NCBI GenBank assembly: GCA_000091205.1
Contig: AP006486.2
DNA length: 64,000 nucleotides
Strand: one strand, 5' to 3'
Source: Cyanidioschyzon merolae
Lineage: Eukaryota
The position numbers and the translations under genes were made by a program. This document shows positions 1 to 12,400 of the stretch, one piece after another. How positions within the stretch are numbered: the first letter of the stretch is position 1; each line of letters starts with the position of its first letter. The notes beneath the pieces were generated by a model, which saw only the letters and a list, made by a program, of their open reading frames with translations, was not told the origin of the DNA and ran no database searches.

Positions 1-1445
1 CGGCGAGGTGCTCGAGCTGCCCCGCTCGCATATCCGCCGTCTCGCAGGATACACGCTCTAGATCCAAGGTCATGAGCTCAGGTGCGATGAGCGATCGCGA
101 TTGCGCTTTGCCCTCCGTGGAAGCCTCGGGTGCCGTGGCGTCACCTATGCGGGCGAGAGGGCCATTTCCCGCAGAGCTGCCACCATCGGATAGCCGCACC
201 GAGGACGCGCGTCGACGGCTGAAGAGGCCTCGACGCTCGCGCCCGTTGCCCCCTACTGCCGACGGCGGTGGCGTCAGCGAACGGAGAGCGTCGGCAGACG
301 TCGCGGCAACCTGCGATGCGACCGTTGCGCGACGTCCATTCACGTCACTCCCGCTGCCTGCGAGTGCAGTCGACGCCAGCAACTCACTGTCTGCGGAGAA
401 TGTTCGGCGGTACGCAGCCATGACTGAGGCGTTCTCGACGTAAGCATTCATCAGCATCATGCTCAGAATCGCATGCGGAATCAAAATCATAGAGACCTGG
501 GTACCACGAGCGCCCCAGCCATAATTGACGCGCCGGCTTATGACCGAGCTGCCGATGCTGAGAAATCCGCCCAAGGGCGAAGTACTTTGCAGCTCGCCGG
601 CAGCGGCAGGCGACGAACCAGTGCTCCCGCCTCCCACCAGCTGTGTCGACTGCGGACTCGATGCCGCTGCCGAGTTCTGCGACTGATGACCGCCCAAACC
701 CATGATGCTCGCGCCGCTCGCAGCAAACGAGGTCAGTCGGCTCAGCATGCTTCTGGTTTCTGAGCCGGCGCTGCCCGCCGCACTGCCTGCGCTCGCCGTT
801 CGCTTCCCGTTCACAACGACGGGTGCACGCTCTGCAGTCAAGTCCGCCCTCTCCCGTGGCTCAGTGGCATAGAGACGCTCACCATACCACTCGGTCCGCA
901 GCTCAAACGCCTCAAGTCCGGGCACATGGATGCTTTTGCGTAGCACCTTCCGAGGGCTTGTCAGAGCAGCGGCGGGAGATCCCGGGTAGTACTCAGAAAG
1001 CCCCGAAACGCTTGGCACTGAGGATGCGTTCTCCTGAACGTCAGGACTTGCACTACCCTCCAGTTTCTTCCCCGCGTTCATCGTAGCACTGGTGCGTTTC
1101 GGAGGTGCAGACCTCGTGTCGTCGGGCACACTCGTAAAACTGGACTCCCGTGAGTCGGCCGGGACACTAGACCTCGCACGGACCGGGCGCGACCCAGTAC
1201 CGGGACGCCAACTACTCAGGCAGCTGTTCAGACCTTGGCCTGTTGTCGTTGACGATCCAGGTGGCGAACCTTGGTGTGCAGCACCGGCAGCAGCACCAAC
1301 GGGCACTTCTCGTACCGTCGAACGTGAACTTGCTGCTGCAGTGCGGTGCGCATTTGCGCCCCCCGGAGCGCGAACGGGATGCGTGCGTGACGCAATGCAC
1401 GCATCGTTCGCCGGCGCACGCATGACGCGATGCGTGCACTCCTTT

Positions 1446-1640
1446 GCAGTCGGCGATGATGATGATAACAACGATGATGATGATAACAATGACGATAACA
1501 ACGATGATGATGATAACAATGACGATAACGATGATGATGATAACAATGACGATAACGATGGTGATGATAACGATGGTGATGATAACGATGATGATGATAA
1601 CGATGGTGATGATAACGATGGTGATGGTAACGATGATGCT
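1446..1640. repeat. Imperfect GAT/GAC/AAC-based minisatellite (about 21-27 bp period); would encode poly-Asp/Asn in one frame
   Basis: Visible tandem repetition gatgatgatgataacaatgacgataac... . The poly-D/N stretch in ORF 1092..1691 has no other protein-like context. Confidence 0.8.
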
Positions 1641-4286
1641 ACAAGGACATCCATCGATCACGAGGCACGCCATACAGCAGCAATGCTGTAAATACTGGAG
1701 TGCGCCGGGCGCTCCGTACCGCACAAGTGTATGGGCCGGCTGTCGAGGCTTGTTGTGAGCGATCAAAGACACAGTTCATGTCAGTGGTGTTTGTACGAGT
1801 CGGTGATGTAGGCGTTCTCGGGAGCGTTGACGGGAGGCCTGTTACATTGTCGGAGGTGGGTATTGAAGAGTGTTTTCGGAGCGGACGTGCGGGTCATGGA
1901 ACTTGACGGGTTTTTGGAATGCTTGACGAATATTTCTGATCACTGATGGCAAGTGCGGAGTCGCCGGGGAACCCGATCATTGCATGCGTTTTGTCCGGAT
2001 AAGGCGTACCCGGCAGGACGCAGGGTGCCTTGATGTGACTCGTGTGCGTTGTTAGGGAGGGCGTTTCGTCGATGGACAGCGACTACAGCAGCGGTGCAGC
2101 CCGTGTTGCGCTAGGCGTCGACGTGAGGCTCAGTAGCCGGAAAATGATCGCTGGATCAAGAGTCGATACTCAGCGAAACGGTCGGTCTGGAGCTAGCGGA
2201 TCTTTTTGGGGTATCCAGAGCGATTCAGTGGTCTTTTGCATTGATTGCCGATTACCATCTGCTATCCTGGGGATTCTGGGTAAGTTCAACGGGCGTGCAT
2301 CGACAATACAGTCCTGGAGTGTGCTTCGGGTGTCGCTGCGCGCCGCTGCCTGCGATGCACGTGTCGCTGCGACGCAAGACAGCGAACACGAGCACTCGGA
2401 AGCGCGACGTCAACAGGCATCGAAGCGAGCACCTCGTTGCAGTCATAGAGCCATGAGTTGCGACCATGCTGGTGCAGATGCAGCGTACAAAAAAAGGCAC
2501 CAGGTCAGCTTCATTGACTTGGCAGAAGCGCATGAGCAAGCGAGCCCGCACCAATGCCCATGCCCGAATGCGCTCTCGCTATACTCGGGTTCGGTGGACA
2601 TGGAATGCGGCATCGCTTGCGCTGTTCCTGCCTTTTGATTTCTTTGAAACGCTCGTCGATGTGCAGCATCGGTATCCAAGGTGTGGCAATAAGAGCTTAC
2701 GTATTTATAGATATTGCTTGAGGCTCCGGTTCCTGTTTTCGGAATCGATGGTACGAATCTTCGCAGCTAGACTAGGCTACTTCCCCAGAATCTATGTATT
2801 TGGCGACGCTGTCGAACAAGTGTTCCTAAAATGGCCGAAATCTGCATCCTGTTCATCATTAAAATCTCCCATTCCTCTCATATGCACACGTGTAGCACCC
2901 TCAAATGATGCCGTCTTCAAGAAGTATATCCGAAATCTTCATCCAATTCATCATGAAAAGCTTTCGCGCTTCTCGTTTCTTTACGAGTATCATCCCCAAA
3001 TCATGCATTTTTCAAGTTTCCGATCTTTTTCCGGTCCGAGGAAGCTCATATGCTCAACGATTGAATGCAGCTGGATTCATGAGGAAACATATTCGACGGC
3101 TCCCGCTGACCACTTTAGGCGTTCATGGAGGAAACCTAGCAATCGCTTCCAATGGACACTAGGTCGACGTTGTGCATGAAGGCGACGTAGACGGACCAGC
3201 ATGTATAGACTCATTTGCTCGCCTGGATTTTTCTTGCAGAACTTGTTTCATCATGGACAAAATCTCGTTCCGCACATCCTCTTCCGGATCGAACAGCATG
3301 GGCTCGCGCACGCACCAGACAGAGTACCCGCCGAGGGTATCGCGCGGAAGAAGCCCCTGATCGTCAGGACCGGCAGCGGGTGCGAAAACCGAAGAGGTCG
3401 GCATCGAACGTAGCCTCTTATACCCGTCCAGGGCATGTCAAGAGAAATGAAGCAAGCGTCCGCGCGCCATAGCGCGGCGCTTGGAGAATCATGCCTCTTG
3501 GACATGCGGGCTTTCCTGATCACAATCAAGCATCACTGCTGCGAAAGGCGCAGCGCGGCGGTGCACAAAGGGCATGGAAACGGAAAGCAGGACATAGATC
3601 GCAGCTTTCGACTGTCGATGAAATTCGGTGATAACTGCTGGATACTACTTCTTCGGGACTTGAACGGAACCATCGGCATCCTCCAACTGTTAAGAACAGA
3701 GCTCTATGGAAAGAAGAACCCGTCGTATTTACACCTGGAGATAAAAGAGAGGAGAGCGCCTGCCGAGACTGGTGTTAGTGACTCTCTGGGAAGCATCGCG
3801 AGCTCTCGTGCGAACGCGCTAATGCGCTGCATCGACCTGCTCCATCAGATGCCGACATACGTGTAGCACAAACACCACGCAGCTCAGTACCAGCACGACA
3901 TACCCAAAGCTCGGTACGTACCTTCACCTGTTGGTGCTCAATGCAGCTCGAGTCGTCGCCAACGCCTTCCGAATACGCCTTGTGCCAAGGCAGATGCACC
4001 TGCCTCCACCAGCAGCTCCGGAAACGATGCGGCGCGCGCTGATCGCCGTGCGTGTGTGCGTGCGAGCATGCGAGCGTGCGTGCGTGATTGCATGCGTGCA
4101 CGGCGGTAATCGCGCCTCCGTGAACCAGCCACAGCGTCGGATTCGATCGCCGCGCGGCTGCATTCACGGAAATCGCCTGATCAACAGCATTGTTCTGCGC
4201 TGGGCGTGCTACCCGATCGGTGCGACGGTGAATACGCTGGTGCTCCAGTCGCTCGCTTTCGTTTCACTCGTAACCAATCAGTATCC

Positions 4287-5357
4287 ATGCCAAGTGACGG
4301 ATTTTGTTTCGTCAGTACTTGGTCGGGCGTGCATGCTGTGCGGACGCCGCAGCGACCGGTGTGCGGGTCCGTCGGACACGCGATACCACGTCACCGACTC
4401 TGGAGACGACGTGCAGGCGTACTTGGCACGCAAGCGAGTACAGTGCGCTCAGAGGGCACAGTCTCCGTGACAGCACCGCGTCGTCAGCAGGGTCTCATTC
4501 AGCACAAACGAGAAGCCTTCTGGTTCTATCGTTTTCTCTCCCTCGTCTATGATACGGTCGTGAATCCCTTTCACTGGACGACTGAGATGCGCGACGCATC
4601 CCTGCGTCAAGCAGGTTTGGAAGAGGGGCGCGGGCGTCCTGACTTTAAAGTGCTTGATGTTGGTGGAGGAACAGGTTTCTGTACGGAGGGTATCGTGCAG
4701 TACGTTTCGCCGAGTCAAGTAACGCTGCTGGACCAGTCGCCACACCAGATGCAAGTTGCAAAGCGCAAGCCGAGTCTCCAGGGCGTAACGTTCGTCCAGG
4801 GCGACGCTGAAGCACTCGCTTTCCCAACTGACTCGTTTGACCGCGTCGTCTCGGCGGGCTCGATCGAGTATTGGCCAGAGCCGCAGCGCGGCATCGCTGA
4901 AGCGTACCGCGTGCTAAAACCTGGCGGCTTGGCGACGATCATTGGGCCGGTACGCGCAACCAACCCAGTTAGTCGCTTTTTTTGTGACTTGTGGATGCTT
5001 TTCCCCATGGAAGAGGAGTATCGTGTATGGTTCACTCGTGCCGGCTTTACCGATCTCAAGGTTTCCTACATAGGCCCGCCAGCATACAAAGGTATTCGGC
5101 AGCATGGGTTGATCATGGGGCTAACCATCACTGGTCGCAAACCAGCGCCAGGGGAGGCGAAAATCCAGCTGGGTCCCATGCGGGAGCGGTTGGATCAGTC
5201 GAAACCGATGTCACTGGGAGAGCGCTTGATATTCTTGGCGCGATGGATCCTTGGATGTATCGCTGGATTTTACTACTTTGTGCTTCCATTTGCGATCATG
5301 TTGTATGCCGCCATCTTCATTCGAGACTCAAAACGCGCCAACAAGGAAGCTGCTTAG
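4287..5357 (+). CDS. VTE3: MPBQ/MSBQ (2-methyl-6-phytyl/solanesyl-1,4-benzoquinol) methyltransferase, plastid type (VTE3/APG1 family), with an N-terminal S/T/R-rich transit-peptide-like extension
   Basis: Strong colinear similarity to plant VTE3: FWFYRFLS.VYD..NP.HWT..MRD, SAM motif VLDVGGGTGF, LDQSPHQ, GDAE.L.FPTD, SAGSIEYWP.PQRGI.EAYRVLK.GG, SRFF.D.WMLFP.EEEY..WF. The ORF-track start at 4206 is GTG; the first in-frame ATG is 4287. Confidence 0.85.
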   Translation: MPSDGFCFVSTWSGVHAVRTPQRPVCGSVGHAIPRHRLWRRRAGVLGTQASTVRSEGTVSVTAPRRQQGLIQHKREAFWFYRFLSLVYDTVVNPFHWTTEMRDASLRQAGLEEGRGRPDFKVLDVGGGTGFCTEGIVQYVSPSQVTLLDQSPHQMQVAKRKPSLQGVTFVQGDAEALAFPTDSFDRVVSAGSIEYWPEPQRGIAEAYRVLKPGGLATIIGPVRATNPVSRFFCDLWMLFPMEEEYRVWFTRAGFTDLKVSYIGPPAYKGIRQHGLIMGLTITGRKPAPGEAKIQLGPMRERLDQSKPMSLGERLIFLARWILGCIAGFYYFVLPFAIMLYAAIFIRDSKRANKEAA

Positions 5358-6292
5358 GACGCTGGCCGTGCAACGACACGATGCCTCTGGCCCTGGTTGC
5401 GCCGTCTGCGCCATGTGCATGATCCGGTTGGTGTGTGTGACGGACGCGATGCGGTTGCATCAGCACAGGGCGGATGTGATTCACGCGGCACCGTACGCAT
5501 GGTCAATCCTCGGTGCTGCGCTTGCGCGTGGCCGGCTCAGCGTTGGAACTTTCTACACGGCCGCGACGGGTACGAAATGCTCGCAGTGCATAATTTGAGC
5601 GACGAGTGAGTCTTGCGGTGCAGCTCACGAAGCTTCTGTGAATGGTATGCGACCCAGAAAACAGCGCCAGCGACCATGGCCTGCCTCTTGGCCAGGCGCA
5701 CATACGCGATTTGCTTTGCTGCAGACGCGCTCGTCGAAGAACTCGCGAATTGACTGACGATGGGCATCGCGTATAGTCGTACGCGCTTGTATTTTTGACT
5801 TTGAGACGACAAGCGAATCGTACCCCGAGTCCGGGGCGCACTGGATACGCACCATACCTGCCGCTGCTTCCGATGACATTGACGGCTGCGGTCGGCGAAC
5901 TTAACCTGAGTTCTCGGAGCGCGCCACCAGCCAATAGGTCCCCTGATTTTCGTGGTGTAAACGCACCGTTGACCATATTGCAATACTAAGATGTGTTTGA
6001 TTGACCGAACAACTGCGGAGAGCGTGCGCAGCATTGGCCTCAGACAGCGGATTGATCGCAGGAAACCCATCTGCAGCCTCTGCGGAAATCCGAGTCGTTC
6101 GAGACACCCCAAACAACGGTAACGATAACGTATTCAGGACAAGGAAACGACGGTTGGTATGTTCGACGATGACGCTAGTGAAATTTACGACTCTGTCTTT
6201 ACGAGCACGCGCTCGAAACTAGTGCGTCTTGCGCTTCAGCGGTGAGCGCTCGGAGACGGATCCCGCGAGCCGCCGTTGTGCCCAGCGTCCGC

Positions 6293-6733
6293 TCACTGTG
6301 CCAACTGGTTACGCAAATCTTCGAGCGCGTCCCGCAGCTCTCCCATATGCTGTTGCTGCTCCTCGATCCGCTGTAACAAGTAGTCCAGGTAACGCACAAC
6401 TGGCTCTCCAGATGCGGGCGGATTCCAGGACTCCAGCGGCTTCCTTCTGCCGTCTGTTGCTGGTGCACGTCCTCCGACACCATTTTTCGTCGGTGTCACC
6501 ACTTCGTAGCGCCCCGCTGCGTGAAACTGGGCGTCGAAGTGAGGCTTGCAGAACAATGTCCCACTGATCTGGGCATAAGTGCCGAGCGCGAGCTTCTTGT
6601 TGCAGGTGTGACAACGGAAACAGTTCGCGTGGTAAATACGACCATCTGTAGCTATCCTCTCAGCAGCGTAGACGGTCTTGTTACAAAGACAACAAACTTC
6701 GGACGAACCTCCGTAGATCATGGCGCTCGTCAT
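6293..6733 (-). CDS. Small single-LIM-domain protein with C-terminal coiled coil
   Basis: Perfect LIM spacing C-x2-C-x17-H-x2-C-x2-C-x2-C-x17-C-x2-H (CCLCNKT...HANCFRCHTCNKK...FCKPH). The C-terminal heptad-like Q/E/L-rich tail ends the ORF. The ORF-track start at 6841 is GTG; the first ATG is at 6733. Confidence 0.55.
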   Translation of the reverse strand: MTSAMIYGGSSEVCCLCNKTVYAAERIATDGRIYHANCFRCHTCNKKLALGTYAQISGTLFCKPHFDAQFHAAGRYEVVTPTKNGVGGRAPATDGRRKPLESWNPPASGEPVVRYLDYLLQRIEEQQQHMGELRDALEDLRNQLAQ

Positions 6734-8399
6734 AGCGGGAGTCGGTGAAGCGTTCAGGTTGAAGACAGCGGGGATTTCAAATTGAAGGAGAAAGGCCAAA
6801 CGGCTAGCAACATCGCGAACATCGATCACGAAAATGGACACGTGTCCGCGCGCATTGCACAGGATGCGCGTGATGTTTTTTCATGGACAAAACGATTCCA
6901 TAGGCCAGCGTTCTCCGATGATGCGCATTTTTCTTTTCTTACTTTTTTTGTGTATTTTTTTTCAGTGTGCGATGAGATATCCATCAAACCCCTACACTCA
7001 AGTTACATTACCCAGACTTTTTCTCGGATATTCTGGTCGTTTCATACGTCCTATCGTGTGTGCTTAGAGCCTGCAGTTCCGTATTCGCCTTTGCACCTTA
7101 ACCGCTGGAGCTGATAGTTCATAGAGCTAGAACGGCTTTTCTATACCACAGAGGGCGTCGGCTCGAGGCGTGCTTCACCCGACGTAGAATCGGGTCTCGT
7201 CGTCAGTTTGTGCTCGGACAGTCTGCAGGCGCAAACTTGCCTTCGCTGCACGACACGCTGGAGAAACTTCGCTGTTAGAATGAATCCTGGGAGCCGCCTC
7301 TCTCCTTCGTGATCATGCATGGAATGCGTTGTTGTCGGTTGGCAATGCGGGTTTGTGCTTGACGCTCACCACAGTGGATAGGCGCAGAAAGCGCACTGGG
7401 CCCGTGTGCGTATCCGATTCGCTGGACCTTTTGCATAGAAGGTAGCATGCGCGTGATGGGCGCTCCCTCGACTGCCGCCACCGTCGTCGCGTGTGCGATC
7501 TGGAATCAGCGCTGTGGACTGGCGCTCTAGGGTCGATGCAGTATGTCTGCCTGCTTGCCTGGCTGCCTGCCTGTTGAAGCACGGGTACGCATGCGATAAC
7601 GCTGCCACTAGGGCCGTGATACTCGTGCTCGTGCACAGCCTGTCTTTTTTTGCTATTCTTATGTACTGGAGTAGCGCCGAGGAGAACGCTTCGTGCCGCC
7701 GATCTCGGTGACAAGGTGCACTATAGGTGCTCGCGTGAAGCTGGGCAGGTTCGCGCACCGCAGCGGCGCCTCGCAGCAGGCACGAATAGAGACGATCACC
7801 AGCAGCTGATGACGTGATGGAACTCGAGTGCGTATGAGTTCCTTCGGCTGTCTTCGATAGGTTTTGCCGTCATCGGCAGCTATGTGGTCCGCGATGAAAG
7901 CAACTGTGCCGAGGAGTGCTGAGAACCCTGCGAGCGACAAAGCGCCCGCCAGCTCTTCACAAGCGGCGAACGAGCGGTCGAGCGAGCACGCCACAGACGA
8001 GGTTAGCTGGGTACGACGCCGCCAAGCCGACGTGGTCGAGGACGTTATGTACCGCGAGCGTATGACGCTTCGCGTGTGCGCGTTGGGTTTTGGTGCGTTC
8101 AGTAGAGTTCGTGGCGCACTGGTGATCCGCGATTGCCAGTATCAGAATAGACTGATAATTGGAACTTGTCAATCCGTTCCAGCCGCTTGATGTTTTATCG
8201 GAAATAGTTTACATGGACGGAACCGAGACTCGAAGCACAGCGATCGCGATAAGCGCCGAACGGTTCATTCATGTACACGGGATACTTTGTCGTTAGTCGG
8301 AATGGCTTGGTTGACACGTTGCCACCGGAGTAGTTTAGATCATCAGAACCAGATGATTCGGAACGCGCCCAAACAAAACTTCACAAAAGACCAATAATA

Positions 8400-9100
8400 T
8401 CCCTCGTATTTGTAGGCACGAGACTCCGCTGTCTTCCGTTGCTTACCCGTAGCATCTACACATCACGCATTCTTCAAGTTCTTGATCTTTCTATTTCAAG
8501 CCAACTCGTGAATGCAGTGACTCGCGCCGTTTTGGTGGACAAGGCATCAAACTCGACGTCGTCCATTGGTGAATGCTTCACGAGCTCATCCCGACTGTTC
8601 ACTGGACTAATATCGTCAAGTAAGTGATTGAGTTTGAAAGACCAATCCTCCTTTCGTTGTGGCTATCGACGAAGCTGCATTCCACAGTAGCATGATCCAT
8701 CGCCCGCAATATGCTACCAGGGGTTCCCGTCTCTTCTGCTCCGAAAGAAAACGGTCTTGGTTTTGGACTTTAGTCACCGCAGCGATCGCTTCTAGTCGAG
8801 CACTGGCTATCGTTGTGCGCGAAGGCAGCGTGGACGGATCACGATTCCTGGCCATGATCTCCAGCCTGGATATTCCTTCTGGTACGTGTTTCATCATGAA
8901 CAACATCGCGTTCCATGAACCCGCTGTCGGATGGATCAGCATAAGCTTTCACGCGCTGCAGACAGCGTTCTTGACGAGCGGATCGCACAGAATAAAAAGT
9001 CCATGATTATGGGGTACGGCACCGAGCGCTGATACGAGCGAGTGCATCTAGCGAAGCGTTCTGTACACAACAGGGGCGTGTTCCGAGCGTTGGTGCAAAC
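8400..9100 (+). repeat. Diverged copy A of a dispersed repeat family shared with 19.35-20.1 kb, 26589-27987 and 30976-32374 (about 60-65% nt identity to copy B)
   Basis: Colinear nucleotide and six-frame similarity to copy B (AIDEAAFHSSM...ISSLDIPSGTCFIMNN vs SIDDTGFTSSM...ISSLYSLSGTCIIMNN) and to the 1.4-kb repeats (IDETAFHTSMRPRVRY). Boundaries are approximate. Confidence 0.55.
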
Positions 9101-11389
9101 GTTCACGTGCCACTGGACCGAAATCGGACCGCAAGGTGTTGTCGCCAGATGGGAACACATGGCTCGAGTCGAGTGTCACCGCTGCGACCGGCGCGCCAGT
9201 GCTGGGCGCAAACGCGAAGCTGAGGAAGGCAAGCCACTCGTAGACCGCAACCACTGCACGGGCAGGAGAGGCGTCGAGCGCAGCAGCCGGTGGCTGTGAA
9301 ATCGGGACTTCATGTTGCCGTCAATGTCCTTTGACCTCTGACAAAGGAGCTGGAAAGGCAAGCGAGATCCGCGTATTTAAAGCCGGATACAAGCAAGAGA
9401 AGAAAGCCTACAACGCCTAGTGTTGATGTAAATATGGGAAGAACCCAAAAATTTAGCGTTCACACCCCTCTTGAGTAAGTGGACTTGTCCCTTTTTCTTC
9501 TGACACCGGTGCCATGTCCCCGAATCGATGCATCGAAAAGGATGCGCTCGGGTGCGAAAACGCTGCCCGGTACCCGATTTGAAGCCTTTTCCTGGACATC
9601 ATATCGGTATCCTCGGTGACTTGGAATGATGGAACAAAATAATCGTTTCCGGTGATTTTATATACGGCGCTTCAGCATAGTCCGTGGAAATGTCGCTCGA
9701 CGTTAGGCGACTGTATGCTGCGGAAGCATGCAACATTCCCGAATGATGCGCTTTGCATTGCAGACTTGATGTAAAACGCTTTGTCTCTGCGCACATTGTT
9801 ACTGATGGATTCACGTGAGAGGACGCCCCTCATGCTCGAGTTCCTCGCCATCGGACGCTCGACCCGCTTTTTCGTACACCATATGGGGCATGAGGCTCTG
9901 GTCCAAACCCGATATCTCTTCCGCTATCAGCATGAACCCGGGATCTTGAAGCGCATATGTTGTCCTGAATATGTATTGAAGGGATCCGTGCACCGTTGAT
10001 TCCTGCACTCGTTGGGCGCTCTCTTCGAAGGCACAGCCGTGCCGCCTTTTGCGTACGACAGCGTCACGGGACGTCACCGACCGATGAGACTTTTCGGTGA
10101 CGTTTTTATCCAGCTGAGCGAACAAATCATGGAATGCGCACTTGTCGCCTTCGTAGAACGGTAATTGTTGGCGAACCCAGTGCACCCTAATTTTTCCTAT
10201 GGAGACGTTGGGACACATACAGTCCGCCTGAATAAAGCGTACAAGGCATGGCCCTGTTCCCGGTACGATGCTCAGAGCGAGTCAAGATCAGACATCAAGC
10301 CGCCATTCCGCTTGTCGGTATGCGACCCGTTGTCCATTGTGCCCGAATCCCAACGACTCCAGTCCATGGGAAACTTATCCCGTATTGTTTCTCCTGGCTT
10401 GCGCATTGCTCGTGTTGTTGCACGCAGCATTCGGTCGATGCATTCCAAAACAATGTAGACAGCTACCAACCCTGCGTCTGGAACGACTACGAACGGTCCA
10501 GGGACATGCTGCGCCAAGGCCCGCGAAATCAGACGAGCCTTTATTGTGTTGGATGCAATGCAACGCTCCAGGATGCCCTGCATCTCACTGTTTGGTAGCT
10601 TCTCCCCGTCACGATGCTGATGTAGCCAGGCATGGAAAACGGCTGCTCGCTGGTATTGCCGCGCTCACAGGTTCTCGTTGCTCTCTCTTTGCGTCACGTT
10701 TTGGGTGCATCTGCTTCCGGTTTGCACGTTGGTTTTTCTCCTTCCCATATGCTCGGTGTGGGGGCATAGATGTAATCACTGTACTCTACAACCGTTTTCA
10801 TTCTCTGGTAGCAGTCGGACAGAGAGGACCACGGCATAAAAAACTATCTTTTCTGTGTACATACGTATCTGCTGGCTCTTAGGTGCCTTTTCATCGTCAT
10901 CTGCATAGCGACCGTACCCGCAAACCGAAGCAACGCTTCCGTTCAGCGTATGCGGAGGCTGAGAACCACGTGCTTACAGGAGCACTTGCGATACCTGCTC
11001 ATGCAACATCTATGAGATGGGACTCTCCGGAAACGGCAAAGCCGTTGCTCGTTATACCTCACGAGGCAAACAAGAGACCTCGCCCCGGGAGGTACGCTCT
11101 TGGTGCACGAGCGATACCCTGAGAGCAAAGCGCGTTGCTCCTGGTTGTGCCTGTGCTGGATGCGCGCTCACCCAGCTGCAGCTAGGCACGTCTCCCGTTG
11201 ACCTTTATCACTGTATCTCGTGTATCCGGTGCCTACCTCAAAGTCTTCCAAACTATTCAGGCAACTTCATTCCTGAAAGGCTATCTACCTACCAGTATGT
11301 CTACGTTTGCGCGAACATCACGTGCGCTGCTCGCTATCGCTCATCGATATCCGACGTCTTCCCGTTCCACACGTACCTAGAGACGATTC

Positions 11390-12340
11390 ATGGAAGCAGC
11401 AGTGGACTGGTATGACTTTTGGAACTATTATTACTTGGGCAAATACCAGGCTGCCAATGACGTGTGCACGACCCTACTAGAACCGAACCAGTGGCCTCGG
11501 TCGGTTCTCCTGGCAGTGATCCGTTTACGACTTGCGTTGCGCGACCTGGAAGGGATTCGCGCTCTCCGGAACCTAGTGAACGACACGTGGACCTCCTCGG
11601 TTATCCACGAGCTCATCGAGACACTCCAAAAAAACGTGCCTCCCATAGACGACGGGGAACGCTTGCGTTCGGTCGTGTTCGGAGACGGGTCAGCGCTCGA
11701 CGCGGTCGATGAAGCGGGACGGCTGCTAGCAGCGCTGGCGCTCCAACGAGCAGGCCTGTACCTGGACGCTCTCGAGACGCTGCCACTGTCTCGTTGCGAA
11801 AACGATGCGGAATCAAGAGCGTGTCGTATCTGTTTATGGTTGCACCTCAACCGGCTGGACCGGGCACAGCTCGAGCAACAGGCGCTTGAGCACTGGTTCG
11901 AGCGACAGCTCGCCGACGGCGATCAGCGTGCCGTCGGAACACTGGTACAGCTGAGCAGGGCAACGCTTGCGGTAGCTAGCAACGACGCTGAAGACGTCGC
12001 AATCGAAGCTGCGTTGCGTTCGTGCAGGGATCTCGCAGAGCGCTACGGGCCCTCGACGAAGCTACTGAACCTCACCTACTTGTGCCTGGTACGTCTGGGT
12101 CGTACCGAGGCATCCGAGAGCACACTGCAGCAGGCGATGAACCTGGATGCACAAGACCCGGATACCATGGCGAATACTGCTGCCAGTGCCGCGAAGACAT
12201 CGATGATGATGATGGCGTTTCCGGAAGCCGCAACAGCGACCCAGCGCCCTATCGAATATCTGCGCAAGTATGCCCCGTGGCATCCGTGGATTCGTGCTCA
12301 GGATGACTTTGAACGCAAGCTCCGGGGCTTGGCAACCTGA
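11390..12340 (+). CDS. COPE: Coatomer subunit epsilon (epsilon-COP)
   Basis: About 300 aa of TPR-like protein. N-terminal motif DFWNYYYLGKYQ (cf. VKNAFYIGSYQQ) and C-terminal WHPWIRAQDDFER (cf. SHPFIKEY..FDR) match epsilon-COP. Starts at ATG 11390. Confidence 0.65.
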   Translation: MEAAVDWYDFWNYYYLGKYQAANDVCTTLLEPNQWPRSVLLAVIRLRLALRDLEGIRALRNLVNDTWTSSVIHELIETLQKNVPPIDDGERLRSVVFGDGSALDAVDEAGRLLAALALQRAGLYLDALETLPLSRCENDAESRACRICLWLHLNRLDRAQLEQQALEHWFERQLADGDQRAVGTLVQLSRATLAVASNDAEDVAIEAALRSCRDLAERYGPSTKLLNLTYLCLVRLGRTEASESTLQQAMNLDAQDPDTMANTAASAAKTSMMMMAFPEAATATQRPIEYLRKYAPWHPWIRAQDDFERKLRGLAT

Positions 12341-12400
12341 GCATCCACTTTGCACGATTTCTTTGTGAGTGTTTGTGTGTTTAGCGGTGAGACGCAAGCC

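Noticed and set aside
1092-1691. 199-aa ORF with poly-Asp/Asn tail
   Set aside because: The acidic tail is just the translation of the GAT/GAC minisatellite. The upstream part has no protein-like features and no partner domains.
2466-3179. 237-aa ORF in an AT-rich patch with an RLNAAGF motif
   Set aside because: Beyond N-A-A the TnpB motifs do not line up. The ORF is low-complexity (R/S/F-rich) and has no other support.
9541-9600. tRNA-like T-loop (ggcttcaaatcggg on the minus strand)
   Set aside because: No complementary T-stem, acceptor stem or anticodon arm could be built by eye, so a tRNA is not supported. A tRNAscan-SE run would be needed for the whole window.
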